Source of the DNA: an uncultured candidate division Zixibacteria bacterium
GTDB taxonomy: Bacteria; Zixibacteria; MSB-5A5; RBG-16-43-9
Reading direction: 5' to 3'
DNA length: 64,000 nucleotides
NCBI GenBank assembly: GCA_963713865.1
Contig: OY970208.1
Coordinates: 2,112,001-2,176,000, forward strand
Below the pieces are notes generated by a model, which worked only from the letters and a program-made list of their open reading frames with translations, had not been told where the DNA came from and made no database searches. The position numbers were made by a program, and so were the translations under genes. Positions 53,667 through 63,196 of this stretch are shown here, piece by piece; position 1 is the stretch's first letter; each line of letters starts with the position of its first letter.

Positions 53667-55575
53667 TCATCTCCATATAAAATAGGCTAAAATTAAAAGT
53701 GCACCCAGGACCATTCCTAAGGCGTAATTGCGAACATAGCCGGTTTGAATCTTCCTGCCCATTCCCGCAAACCAGTTAACTATATCCGCTAATCCATTTG
53801 CCATCCCATCGATGACTTTAATATCAATGAACTGCCATAAGAAAGTGGCGAATTTCAATAAAGGATTAACAATTACTTTGAAATAAAGCTCGTCTATATA
53901 ATACTTATTCAAAACGACTTTATAAAGGAAACTGAATCTTTCCGCTAACCTCTTGGGCAGCTCAGGGGTTTTGATATAAAATCTATAGGCGAAAAATATG
54001 CCTAACAAAGCCACTGCAACTGAGACTGCCATCACCAGATATTCAGTTAAAGGAGAATGTATTGCCATCTCCCCTTTTTCGCCAAAGACCGGAGATAAAA
54101 AGTGCTCAAAACCATTTCCTCCACCTAACGATTTGGGAATTCCCACATAACCACCGATAACCGATAGAACTGCCAAAATCATCAGGGGTATGGTCATCAC
54201 CTTTGGAGATTCGTGGATGTGATGTTTAACTGATTCCTCCACTCTGGATTTTCCAAAGAAAGTCAAGAATAGTAACCGGAACATATAAAATGCGGTCATC
54301 CCCGCAGTTGCAACTCCGATAATCCAGAGGAAAATGTTTCCTTGAGAGAAAGCTTTCCATAAAATCTCATCTTTGCTAAAGAAACCAGAGAATAAAGGAA
54401 TTCCGGAAATAGCCAAGACCGCCATAAAAACTGTCCAGAAAGTAGCTGGAAGTTTTTGTTTGAGAGCTCCCATCTTCTGCATATTCAGTTCGCCGGACAG
54501 AGCATGCATCACGCTTCCTGCACCCAAGAAGAGCAGAGCCTTGAAAAAAGCATGAATCATTAGATGGAAAATCCCGGCCGCAAATGCACCCACTCCACAT
54601 CCAAGGAACATATAGCCAAGCTGGCTGATGGTTGAATAAGCCAGGACTCTTTTGATGTCGTTCTGCACCATCCCGATGGAAGCGGTATAGATTGCAGTAA
54701 TTGCACCGATAACGGCAACCAAACCCATGGTAAAAGGAGCTAACTCATAAAGTATGTGACATCTGGCTACCATATAAACCCCGGCTGTTACCATAGTAGC
54801 TGCATGAATTAAAGCTGAGACCGGGGTAGGTCCCTCCATTGCATCCGGAAGCCAGAACATACAAAGGTATCTGGGCAGACTTCCCCACTGCTCCCATAAA
54901 GAGAAGCAGGGTAATTGCAGTTACCAGACCACCACCTGCGATAAGGGTCGAGGGTGCAGACTGGAAAACCTCTGTATAGTTAAGGCTCCCGAAAGTCCAG
55001 AAGATAAGCATAACTCCTAAAGCGAAACCGAAATCTCCAATTCGATTTACGACAAAAGCTTTCTTGGCCGCATCCGAAGCAGATTTCTTCTCATACCAGA
55101 AACCGATTAAAAGATAAGAGCATAATCCCACTGCTTCCCAACCCAGGTAAAGCAAGAGGAAGTTATTAGCTAAAACCAGCATCAACATCGAGAAAACAAA
55201 AAGGTTAAGAAAAGAGAAGAACCTGGAAAATCCTTTATCCTCATGCATATAACCAACAGAATACACGTGAATTAAAAATCCCACTCCGGTTACCACTAAA
55301 AGCATAACACAGGACAAGGGGTCAACCAAAAAAGAGATATTAACCTTGAAAAACCCGGAGTAAATCCAAGGAAAGACTATTTTTTCAAAAACCCTTCCGT
55401 TTGCAGGTAAAGCTAAAAGCTCAAAGAAAATTTTTATCGATATAAGGAAAGAAAGCCCGACTGAGCCACATCCGATCCAGGAGACAAGGGTCTTTCCCAG
55501 TTTTTTACCCAGTAGTCCGTTGATTAAAAATCCTGAGAGCGGAAGTAAAGGTATTAACCAGATATAATTAATCAT
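53667..55575 (-). CDS. nuoL: NADH-quinone oxidoreductase subunit L, apparent +1 frameshift at 54852-54858
   Basis: GKSAQIPLYV | WLPDAMEGPTPVSALIHAATMV split across two frames. Confidence 0.94.
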
Positions 55576-55593
55576 CTTCTTTCCCTACTTTTT

Positions 55594-55647
55594 ATAGGGT
55601 AACCCTTTAGGGTTGCTTATTTTCGCAAGGCTAAAGACTTACCCTAC
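55594..55647. repeat. REP doublet between nuoK and nuoL
   Basis: ATAGGGTAACCCTTTAGGGTTGC...GCAAGGCTAAAGACTTACCCTAC. Confidence 0.7.
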
Positions 55648-55697
55648 TTTCTCCTTGTTATCCGTCATCCGTAATTCATCATCCGTCATCTCTTTTC

Positions 55698-56000
55698 TCA
55701 CCATTTCATCAAATTTCCTTCATCCACGTTTGCGCTTTTTCTGTTTCTATAAAAAAGAATTATTATGGCTAAACCAACCCCAGCTTCCGCTGCCGCTACA
55801 GCCATCACTAAAAAGACTATCACCTGCCCGGATAATGAACCCATCTCCTTAGCAAAAGATACCAGGGCTAAGTTAGCTGCATTTAACATAAGCTCGACTG
55901 ACATAAAAACCACCAGCACGTTTCGTCTAATCAGAAAACCTAAAACTCCTATAGAGAAAAGGATTGCGCTTAACAGGATATAGTAAGAAACCGGGACCAT
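55698..56000 (-). CDS. nuoK: NADH-quinone oxidoreductase subunit K
   Basis: [22 protein letters not shown]. Confidence 0.96.
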   Translation of the reverse strand: MVPVSYYILLSAILFSIGVLGFLIRRNVLVVFMSVELMLNAANLALVSFAKEMGSLSGQVIVFLVMAVAAAEAGVGLAIIILFYRNRKSANVDEGNLMKW

Positions 56001-56001
56001 C

Positions 56002-56505
56002 CTACTCCTCCCTCTGGGCTAAAAAAATGGCACCCACCATAGCGATCAAAAGGAGCACTGAGGTTATCTCAAAAGGAAAAAGGTAATCAGAGAAAAGGAG
56101 TCTGCCGATAAGTTGAGGAGTGCCAAAATCTGCCTGTGATGATAAAACCTTTCCTGCCTTTCCCGAAATGGCATAATTCACAATGAGAAAAAGCTCAATC
56201 AGAAAAAGAGCCGAGAAAATCAGAGCGAAGAACCTCTGCAATTTCCTTTTTTCCGGACCGAACTCATCTTTTCTTAAGTTCAAAAGCATAATCACAAAAA
56301 GGAAAAGCACCATAATGGCGCCAGCATAGATAATCACCTGAATGAAAGCTAAAAAGAAAGCATCCTGAAGTATAAAAAGACCGGCTATGCTACCCAGGGT
56401 AATGATCAAAGACAGGGCAGAATAGACAGGATTTTTCTGCAGTATCACGCTTAAGGCGGAAACAACAGCCGCCAGACCAAAAATTATAAAGAAAGCCAAT
56501 TCCAT
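56002..56505 (-). CDS. nuoJ: NADH-quinone oxidoreductase subunit J
   Basis: [30 protein letters not shown]. Confidence 0.95.
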   Translation of the reverse strand: MELAFFIIFGLAAVVSALSVILQKNPVYSALSLIITLGSIAGLFILQDAFFLAFIQVIIYAGAIMVLFLFVIMLLNLRKDEFGPEKRKLQRFFALIFSALFLIELFLIVNYAISGKAGKVLSSQADFGTPQLIGRLLFSDYLFPFEITSVLLLIAMVGAIFLAQREE

Positions 56506-56508
56506 TTT

Positions 56509-56976
56509 CTAATCTATCTCCCCTCCGATAATCTTCTTTCGATTTTTCCTATCTCTGGGGAATAAAGACAAAAGCTTTTCTTTGCTGTATATGTAATTAA
56601 CACGGTTATCATAGATGAACTCATACTCCCTTCCCAGAAAGATCGCATTTTCCGGACAAGCCTCCTCACAATAACCGCAGAAAATACACCTCAGCTCATT
56701 TATCTCATATACCTTGGCTCGCCTTTCCCCTTTTTCATTCTCTTCACCCTCCATATAAATACATTCAGCCGGGCAGGCAGCCGCACAAAGTCCGCAGCAG
56801 ACGCATCTTTCCTTCCCATCTTCATACCGGGCTAAATAATGCAGACCCCGGTACCGGGGAAGCATCTCCCTTTTTTTCTTCGGGTACCTATCAGTAGTAG
56901 GAGGCTTGAAGATGTGCTTGAAGGTGACCGCAAGACCTTTCACCAATGCAATTATATATTTCACAAAATTAAACAT
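56509..56976 (-). CDS. nuoI: NADH-quinone oxidoreductase subunit I
   Basis: CVCCGLCAAACP, CIFCGYCEEACP. Confidence 0.95.
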   Translation of the reverse strand: MFNFVKYIIALVKGLAVTFKHIFKPPTTDRYPKKKREMLPRYRGLHYLARYEDGKERCVCCGLCAAACPAECIYMEGEENEKGERRAKVYEINELRCIFCGYCEEACPENAIFLGREYEFIYDNRVNYIYSKEKLLSLFPRDRKNRKKIIGGEID

Positions 56977-56980
56977 AGAC

Positions 56981-57967
56981 CTATGCCATTATTATACCGG
57001 TTATAAATATATTAAAAAGAGCTAAAGGCAATAAGACCTTCCAGCCAAAATTCATCAACTGATCATATCTGAAACGGGGAACTGTTGCCCTGATCCAGAT
57101 ATATAGGAAAAGGAGTACGAAAACCTTTACGAAGAACCAGATAAAAGAAGGCAGGATCGGACCCTGCCATCCGCCTAAGAACAATGTTGTGGTAAGGGCC
57201 GAGATATTTATCATATTGCCATATTCACCTAAAAAGAACAGGGCGAATTTCATACTGGAGTATTCGGTGTAATATCCAGCTACCAGTTCATTTTCTGCCT
57301 CCGGCAGGTCAAATGGTGAGCGGTTATTATCTGCTATTCCGCAGATGAGAAAAATTATAAAACCAAGAGGTTGTCTGAAGATATACCAGTGGAAAAAACT
57401 ATCCTGTGATTTTACAATCTCCACCAGGTTCAAACTACCGGAGATCATCAAAAGCCCTATCAAAGAAAGACCCAAAGAGACCTCATAGCTTATCATCTGG
57501 GCAGTTGACCTGATCCCGCCTATAAGCGGGTATTTGCTGTTGGAGGACCAGCCAGCCAAGACTATCCCATAGATTGCTACAGAGAAGACTGCTAAGACAT
57601 AAAGTACACCTACGTTCAAGTCAGAGACCACCAACTCTATATCTTTCCCGAACAGTGTTATTTTATCTCCTATAGGAATTACCCCGAAAATGATAAAGGC
57701 TGGCACAAAGGTCAAAAGCGGAGCCAGAGTGTAGATCAGTTTAGATACAGAGGAAGGGGTAATATCCTCTTTGAATAAAAGTTTCAAACCATCTGCCATT
57801 GGCTGCAAAAGTCCATAGGGACCAACATACAGAGGTCCGAACCTCACTTGAAAATCACCTAAAAGCTTCCTTTCCAGCCAGGTAAGATAAGCCATCCCTA
57901 AAAGCCAGATGACAAAGAAGACTATAATTTTTATTAAAGTTATGATGATGAACTCAAGCATAATCAT
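56981..57967 (-). CDS. nuoH: NADH-quinone oxidoreductase subunit H
   Basis: ERK, GLLQPMADGLKL..KE, PFDLPEAE, PRFRYDQ. Confidence 0.96.
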   Translation of the reverse strand: MIMLEFIIITLIKIIVFFVIWLLGMAYLTWLERKLLGDFQVRFGPLYVGPYGLLQPMADGLKLLFKEDITPSSVSKLIYTLAPLLTFVPAFIIFGVIPIGDKITLFGKDIELVVSDLNVGVLYVLAVFSVAIYGIVLAGWSSNSKYPLIGGIRSTAQMISYEVSLGLSLIGLLMISGSLNLVEIVKSQDSFFHWYIFRQPLGFIIFLICGIADNNRSPFDLPEAENELVAGYYTEYSSMKFALFFLGEYGNMINISALTTTLFLGGWQGPILPSFIWFFVKVFVLLFLYIWIRATVPRFRYDQLMNFGWKVLLPLALFNIFITGIIMA

Positions 57968-60616
57968 CCAATCTTAGTCAATTTTACTCGATCAATAGAT
58001 TTATCTTTATCTAAAAGCAAATTCAACTTAATCTCTTTAAAATTCAAAGGGATAAAAACCGTACCTGGATTTAAAGAATCATCTGTTTTCAATCTCATCT
58101 TTATTTTCCCCTTTGATGATTCTACCCAGACCTCTTCTCCGTTTTTTAGATTTAATTTATCAGTATCCGAAGGGTTAATCTGGCAGAATCCTTCAGACAT
58201 AATTGAGCAAAGGTTTTCCGAGTAAGAAGTTAATCTCCCGGAGTGATTAGCTGAGGAACCGGTTATTAAAATAAACGGAAATTCGCTATCCTCTGGAATT
58301 TCCACAAAATCGACCAGTTCAAGCTCTGCCCCTTTGTTTAAGAAATTATCTGGCAGAAGCTCTTCAGTGCCTGAATCGTTGAGATTCAAACAGGGCCATT
58401 GCAATCCGCAGTTATCTAACCTGTCAGCTTTTATCCCTCCATATATGGGTGAAACCTGGGCTATCTCCTCAGTTATCTGGAAGGTCGAGGCATAATCCTG
58501 TTTAAACCCCATAAGCGATGAAAGCTCACAGATTATTTGCCAGTCGGGTTTGGATTGATGAAGCGAGACTAAAGCCCGATCAAGTTTCTGTACCCTTCTC
58601 TCGACATTGGTGAAGGTCCCGTCTTTCTCGGCAAAGCTGACTCCTGGAAGAACTACGTCCGCAGTTTTTGCGGTCTCCGAGAGAAAGATATCCTGAACCA
58701 CTAAAATATCCAACTTTTTCAGGGTTGATTCCACATAATCTCTATCCGGAAAATTTTCTACTGGATCTTCTCCCATTATATATAACCCTTTGATCTTCTG
58801 AGCATTGACAGCTAACAGAATCTCGGTAAAATTAAGACCTCTCTCTTTAGGTATCTGTGCATTCCAGATTTTCTCTAATCTTTCCCTGCCTACTTCGTCT
58901 TCAATAGGAATAAATCCCGGCAGTCTGTCCGGCAATACCCCCATATCCAGAGCACCCTGAGAGTTATTCTTCTCCCGGAGGAGATTAAATCCAGAGTGCT
59001 TTTCACCCCATTTCCCTATTAAGAGCAACAGATTATTCAGAGATTTTATCAGCCCCTCTGCCAGTGGACTCTGGTTAATCCATCTGCCGGAAAGGATAAT
59101 CAAGTTTTTTGAGCTGGCAGTTTTTCTGGCAAAATCCCTGATTTCTTCTTCAACTATCCCGGTAATTAGTGAAACTCTTGAGAGAGGATAATTTTCTACT
59201 CCTCTCTTCAGTTTTTCTATTTCTTTCTCCGCTACCTTTTTGGAATATAAATTTTCAGCTAATATGACATTCATCAGACCATTGATCAATATCCCTTCAG
59301 AACCGTATTTATAAATTAACTCCTTCTCTGCTAAAGGACTGAACTTTATCCTTTTTGGATTAGCAATTAAAAGGACTGACTCATTTTTACACACCGCTTT
59401 TCTAACCCTTAAACTTATTATGGGATGTTCTGAATTGAGGTCTGAGCCGAAGATTAAAATCGTTTTTGCTTTTTCTATCTCTTCTATGGAATTAGTCATG
59501 GTGTAGGATTTAGAATAATCAAAAAGACCGGGGCTTTCCAGAATCTTTTTGAAACTTACCCGGTGGTCTAAATTATTAGTTCCCAGAACCGTTCTGAAGA
59601 ATTTCTGGAAAGCATAGTTCCCTTCGTTCGTAGTTCTCTCCGATCCTATACCGGCTAAAGCTTTAGGACTAAATTTTTCTTTTATCTCCAAAAGCTTTGT
59701 TATAATATAACCGTAAGCCTTCTCCCAGGTTGTCTCCACTAATTTCCCGTCCTTTTTAATCAAAGGAGATTTAATCCTCTCAGGATGGTTAACCAGATCA
59801 TAACCCCATCTCCCTCTATCGCAGATGAACCCCTCATCTATTTTATCGTTCCTTCTGGAAGTCATTCGATAAAGCTTGTTCTGATCAACCCATAGAGTTA
59901 GATTACATCCATCCCCGCAAAAAGGACAGATGCTTTTTATCTTTTGAGTTTTCCAGAACCCTGATTTTATATCTAAAAGATTTAGCAGTTAATGCTCCAA
60001 CCGGGCAGATTTCCACAGTATTCCCGGAATAGATGTTAGTCACAGGTATACCCGGGAGAACATTTATCTCGCTTTTTGAGCCTCTTCTAAATGCCCCCAG
60101 ATCGTATTCGCCTGCTATCTCTTTCAAGAAACGGATACATTTTAAACAATAGATACAACGGTTCTGATTCCTGATTATCTGGGGACCGATTTTAAGGTCA
60201 TCAAAAGTAAAGTTTTTATCTACAATATACTTTCTCTTCTCCTCAACAAACCTGCTTCTATCAGAGCCATATTTGAAGGTGATATCCTGCAGGTCACATT
60301 CACCACCCTTATCACAGGTAGGACAATCCAGGGGGTGGTTAATCAGGAGTAATTCCACTATCCCTTTTCTGGCTTTAACTACCTGCGGGGTATTTGTTCT
60401 AACTGCCATTCCCTGAGCAGCCTGAGTATTACAGGCGATCTGCAGTTTGGGCCATTTCTCTATCTCTACCAAACAGATCCTGCACCCTCCTAAAATCTTC
60501 AACTTCTCGTGCCAGCAGAAAGTAGGGATTTCTATCCCGGCTTTTTTAGCTGCCTCCAAGATAGTTTTCCCTTCTTCTATCTCAACCAGTTTATCATCTA
60601 TAGTTAAACTAATCAT
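57964..60616 (-). CDS. nuoG: NADH-quinone oxidoreductase subunit G, apparent +1 frameshift at 59953-59959
   Basis: CRIC, HPLDCPTCDKGGEC, ICPVGAL; the shifted frame gives SICPFCGDGC and joins the 633-aa molybdopterin-fold ORF. Confidence 0.92.
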
Positions 60617-60632
60617 CTCTTTATACTCTATC

Positions 60633-60710
60633 TGTCATTCTGAGCCCTAAGGGCGAAGAATCTGTAAGGATTCTTCGGTCGTCCCCGTAGGGAACTCCCT
60701 CAGAATGACA
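60633..60710. repeat. TGTCATTCTGAG...CTCAGAATGACA multi-stem palindromic element
   Basis: 12-bp terminal inverted repeat enclosing GCCC/GGGC and CGAAGAATC/GATTCTTCG stems. Confidence 0.8.
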
Positions 60711-60721
60711 ATTTCTCTAGT

Positions 60722-61990
60722 TCACCTTTCCATTGGACATTTCTTATTTCTAATATGATATTCATACTCATCTCTGAAATATTGTAAAGAGCTGCTTATA
60801 GGAATCGTAACAGAATCACCTAAAGGACAGATGGTTTTTCCGAAAATATTATCGCACAAGTCTAATAGCAAATCGATATCCTCCATCCTTCCCTGTTCAT
60901 ATTCTATCCTTCTCATTATTCTGGAGAGCCAGTACGTCCCTTCCCGGCAGGGCGTGCATTCGCCGCAGGACTCCTCCTCATAGAATCTGACTAATCGATA
61001 AGTTGTTTTGACCATACAGGTATCCTCATCCATAACTATAACCGCGCCGCTACCTAACATCGAGCCTGCTTCGACCAAAGATTCAAAATCCAATTTCACC
61101 TCCACCTTACTTGCAGGTAAAATCTGGGTTGAAACACCTCCTGGTATAACTGCTTTGAGTTTTTTCCCATTTTTTATCCCGCCACCATATTCATAGATTA
61201 ACTCTTTCAAAGGTGTCCCCATCGGAAGCTCATAGTTGCCGGGTTTATTCACCTGACCGGACAGGCAGAAGATTTTTGTGCCGGTGCTCTTGGGAGTCCC
61301 GATTTTACTATACCACTCCGCACCGTTCAGGATAATATGAGGTACATTCGATAAGGTCTCTACGTTGTTTACCGCGCTGGGACAGGAATAACACCCGGAT
61401 ATTGCGGGATAGGGCGGCCTGAGCCTTACCAGAGGCCTTACCCCTTCGATTGATGATAAAAGGGAAGTCTCCTCTCCACAGATATAAGCTCCTCCGCCAC
61501 GATAGACTTTTATATCCAGATCATAACCTGTACCCAGTATATTTTTTCCTAAAAAACCTTTACTTTGTGCTTCATCTATGGCTTCCTCTAATCTTTTTGC
61601 TTCAAAAGCGAACTCACCCCGGATATAGATGAATGAAAGATGTGCACCGATGGCATAACTCCCGATAATAATCCCTTCTAACAGCTGGTGTGGATTCTTT
61701 GCCATTAATTCCCGGTCTTTGAAAGTTCCCGGCTCCCCTTCATCGGCATTGCAGAGTAAAAATCTGTTCTTGGGAGAATCCTTAGGTACAAATCCCCACT
61801 TCAGACCAGTTGGAAATCCTGCTCCACCCCTTCCTCTCAAACCCGATTTTTTAACTATATCTATTACTTGTCCAGGAGAAAGTTCTTTTAGGACTTTAGG
61901 AATTGCCTGATAACCACCGTTTTTAATATAGGTGTCAATTTTATACTGCTCAGGTTGATCGATATATTTAAAAAGAATCTTCTCTGGCAT
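60722..61990 (-). CDS. nuoF: NADH-quinone oxidoreductase subunit F
   Basis: GRGGAGFPTG, NADEGEPGTFKD, YICGEET, ESCGECTPCREG. Confidence 0.96.
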   Translation of the reverse strand: MPEKILFKYIDQPEQYKIDTYIKNGGYQAIPKVLKELSPGQVIDIVKKSGLRGRGGAGFPTGLKWGFVPKDSPKNRFLLCNADEGEPGTFKDRELMAKNPHQLLEGIIIGSYAIGAHLSFIYIRGEFAFEAKRLEEAIDEAQSKGFLGKNILGTGYDLDIKVYRGGGAYICGEETSLLSSIEGVRPLVRLRPPYPAISGCYSCPSAVNNVETLSNVPHIILNGAEWYSKIGTPKSTGTKIFCLSGQVNKPGNYELPMGTPLKELIYEYGGGIKNGKKLKAVIPGGVSTQILPASKVEVKLDFESLVEAGSMLGSGAVIVMDEDTCMVKTTYRLVRFYEEESCGECTPCREGTYWLSRIMRRIEYEQGRMEDIDLLLDLCDNIFGKTICPLGDSVTIPISSSLQYFRDEYEYHIRNKKCPMER

Positions 61991-61993
61991 AGT

Positions 61994-62464
61994 CTATTTA
62001 TGGGAAAGCTCATCCAAGAGCTTATCTATTTTTGCTTTAGAGAGGTTCTCGTAATATTCCTCATTTACCATCATAACCGGTGCAGTTCCGCAGGAACCAA
62101 GACATTCTACAGTTGAAAGGGTAAAAAGACCATCGAGCGTCGTCTGATTTACTTTTATTTTCAATTTCTCTTCTAAATATTTAATTAATTCTTCTGCACC
62201 TAAAAGGGAACAGGAAAGGTTATCGCATACCCTGATCCAGTATTTACCAATCTTTCCCACGGGGAAAAAGGTGTAAAAAGATGCCACCTCATAGATCTCT
62301 AAAATAGGAACCCCTAATAGCTCAGAGATCTTCTGCATCCCTCTCTCATCCAGATATCCCACCTCTTGATACAGGATATGGAAAGCTGGAAGGATAGCAG
62401 TTTTAACTTTGGGATATTTACATTTCAAACTGCGAATTTTTTCTTCTGTTTCTTTAGTCATCAT
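61994..62464 (-). CDS. nuoE: NADH-quinone oxidoreductase subunit E
   Basis: VASFY, CDNLSC, ECLGSC..APVM. Confidence 0.95.
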   Translation of the reverse strand: MMTKETEEKIRSLKCKYPKVKTAILPAFHILYQEVGYLDERGMQKISELLGVPILEIYEVASFYTFFPVGKIGKYWIRVCDNLSCSLLGAEELIKYLEEKLKIKVNQTTLDGLFTLSTVECLGSCGTAPVMMVNEEYYENLSKAKIDKLLDELSHK

Positions 62465-62483
62465 CTTTTTATTTTACATTTTT

Positions 62484-62544
62484 GTAGGGGCGAACCTACG
62501 TTTTCGCCCAAATTCACAGGCCAGACACACAGGTCTGCCACTAC
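62484..62544. repeat. REP doublet flanking the RAYT 3' end
   Basis: GTAGGGGCGAACC..TTCGCCC...GGCCAGAC..GTCTGCCACTAC. Confidence 0.8.
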
Positions 62545-62559
62545 AATTTCATCTATCAA

Positions 62560-63156
62560 TCATTTAACCATCTGATTTGTCGTTCTTGAATTAAAAATCT
62601 CCTCTTCTAATCCATCTATGCCATCCCTTTCAGGATTTTCCCTGTCCAGATGCCAATTCAAGGGATTGGTTTGGATATAATATCTAATTTTGTTTAATTC
62701 ATCCTCATTTCGAACGACATGTTCGTAATAGTTCCTCTGCCATACCTGTAACCCTGGGGTTGAACGAATTTTATTTATTATCTTAGTTGTTTGATATTTA
62801 AAATAGGCTACTATCTGCCCCAATTTTGGTATTTGTAGGGGCGAGGTTTCCTCGCCCATGGGCGGGGTAACCCCGCCCCTACATTCGTTATTAATTACAA
62901 TAACTCCATGAATATGATTGGGCATAACCATAAACCAATCGCTTTCTATATTAAAAAAATGATTGGGTAACTCGTTCCATAATTGGTTAACAATTTTCCC
63001 ATATTTATTCAAAACTATTTCTTCTCTAAAAACATTTCCAAAAAATGATTCATGATTACGTGCACATACTGTAACAAAATATGCTCCATTTTGTGAATAA
63101 TCATAATCCTTTAACCTAATAGAATTGTATCTGGATTTTTCTAAATCATGTTTCAT
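62560..63156 (-). mobile_element. REP-associated tyrosine (Y1/HUH) transposase, RAYT-like
   Basis: SIRL..YDYS..GAYFVT.C, MPNHIHG (HUH), WQRNYYEHVVR, YIQTNP. Confidence 0.92.
62835..62882. repeat. REP doublet embedded in the RAYT coding sequence
   Basis: GTAGGGGCGAGGTTTCCTCGCCC-AT-GGGCGGGGTAACCCCGCCCCTAC, encoding CRGGVTPPMGEETSPLQ. Confidence 0.9.
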
Positions 63157-63196
63157 TATTTGTAACTCTGCTACGAGCTACCTGCTAAAAGCTGTT

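Noticed and set aside
45905-59959. Genuine pseudogenisation of complex I, or programmed frameshifting at GTTCTGG
   Set aside because: The identical context of four lesions in otherwise intact genes, together with in-frame use of the same heptamer in rplK, ispD, porB and nuoG, favours a systematic sequencing error.
136-62575. Numerous short plus-strand ORFs antisense to conserved genes
   Set aside because: They mirror the codon structure of the minus-strand genes; only trxB is supported on the plus strand.
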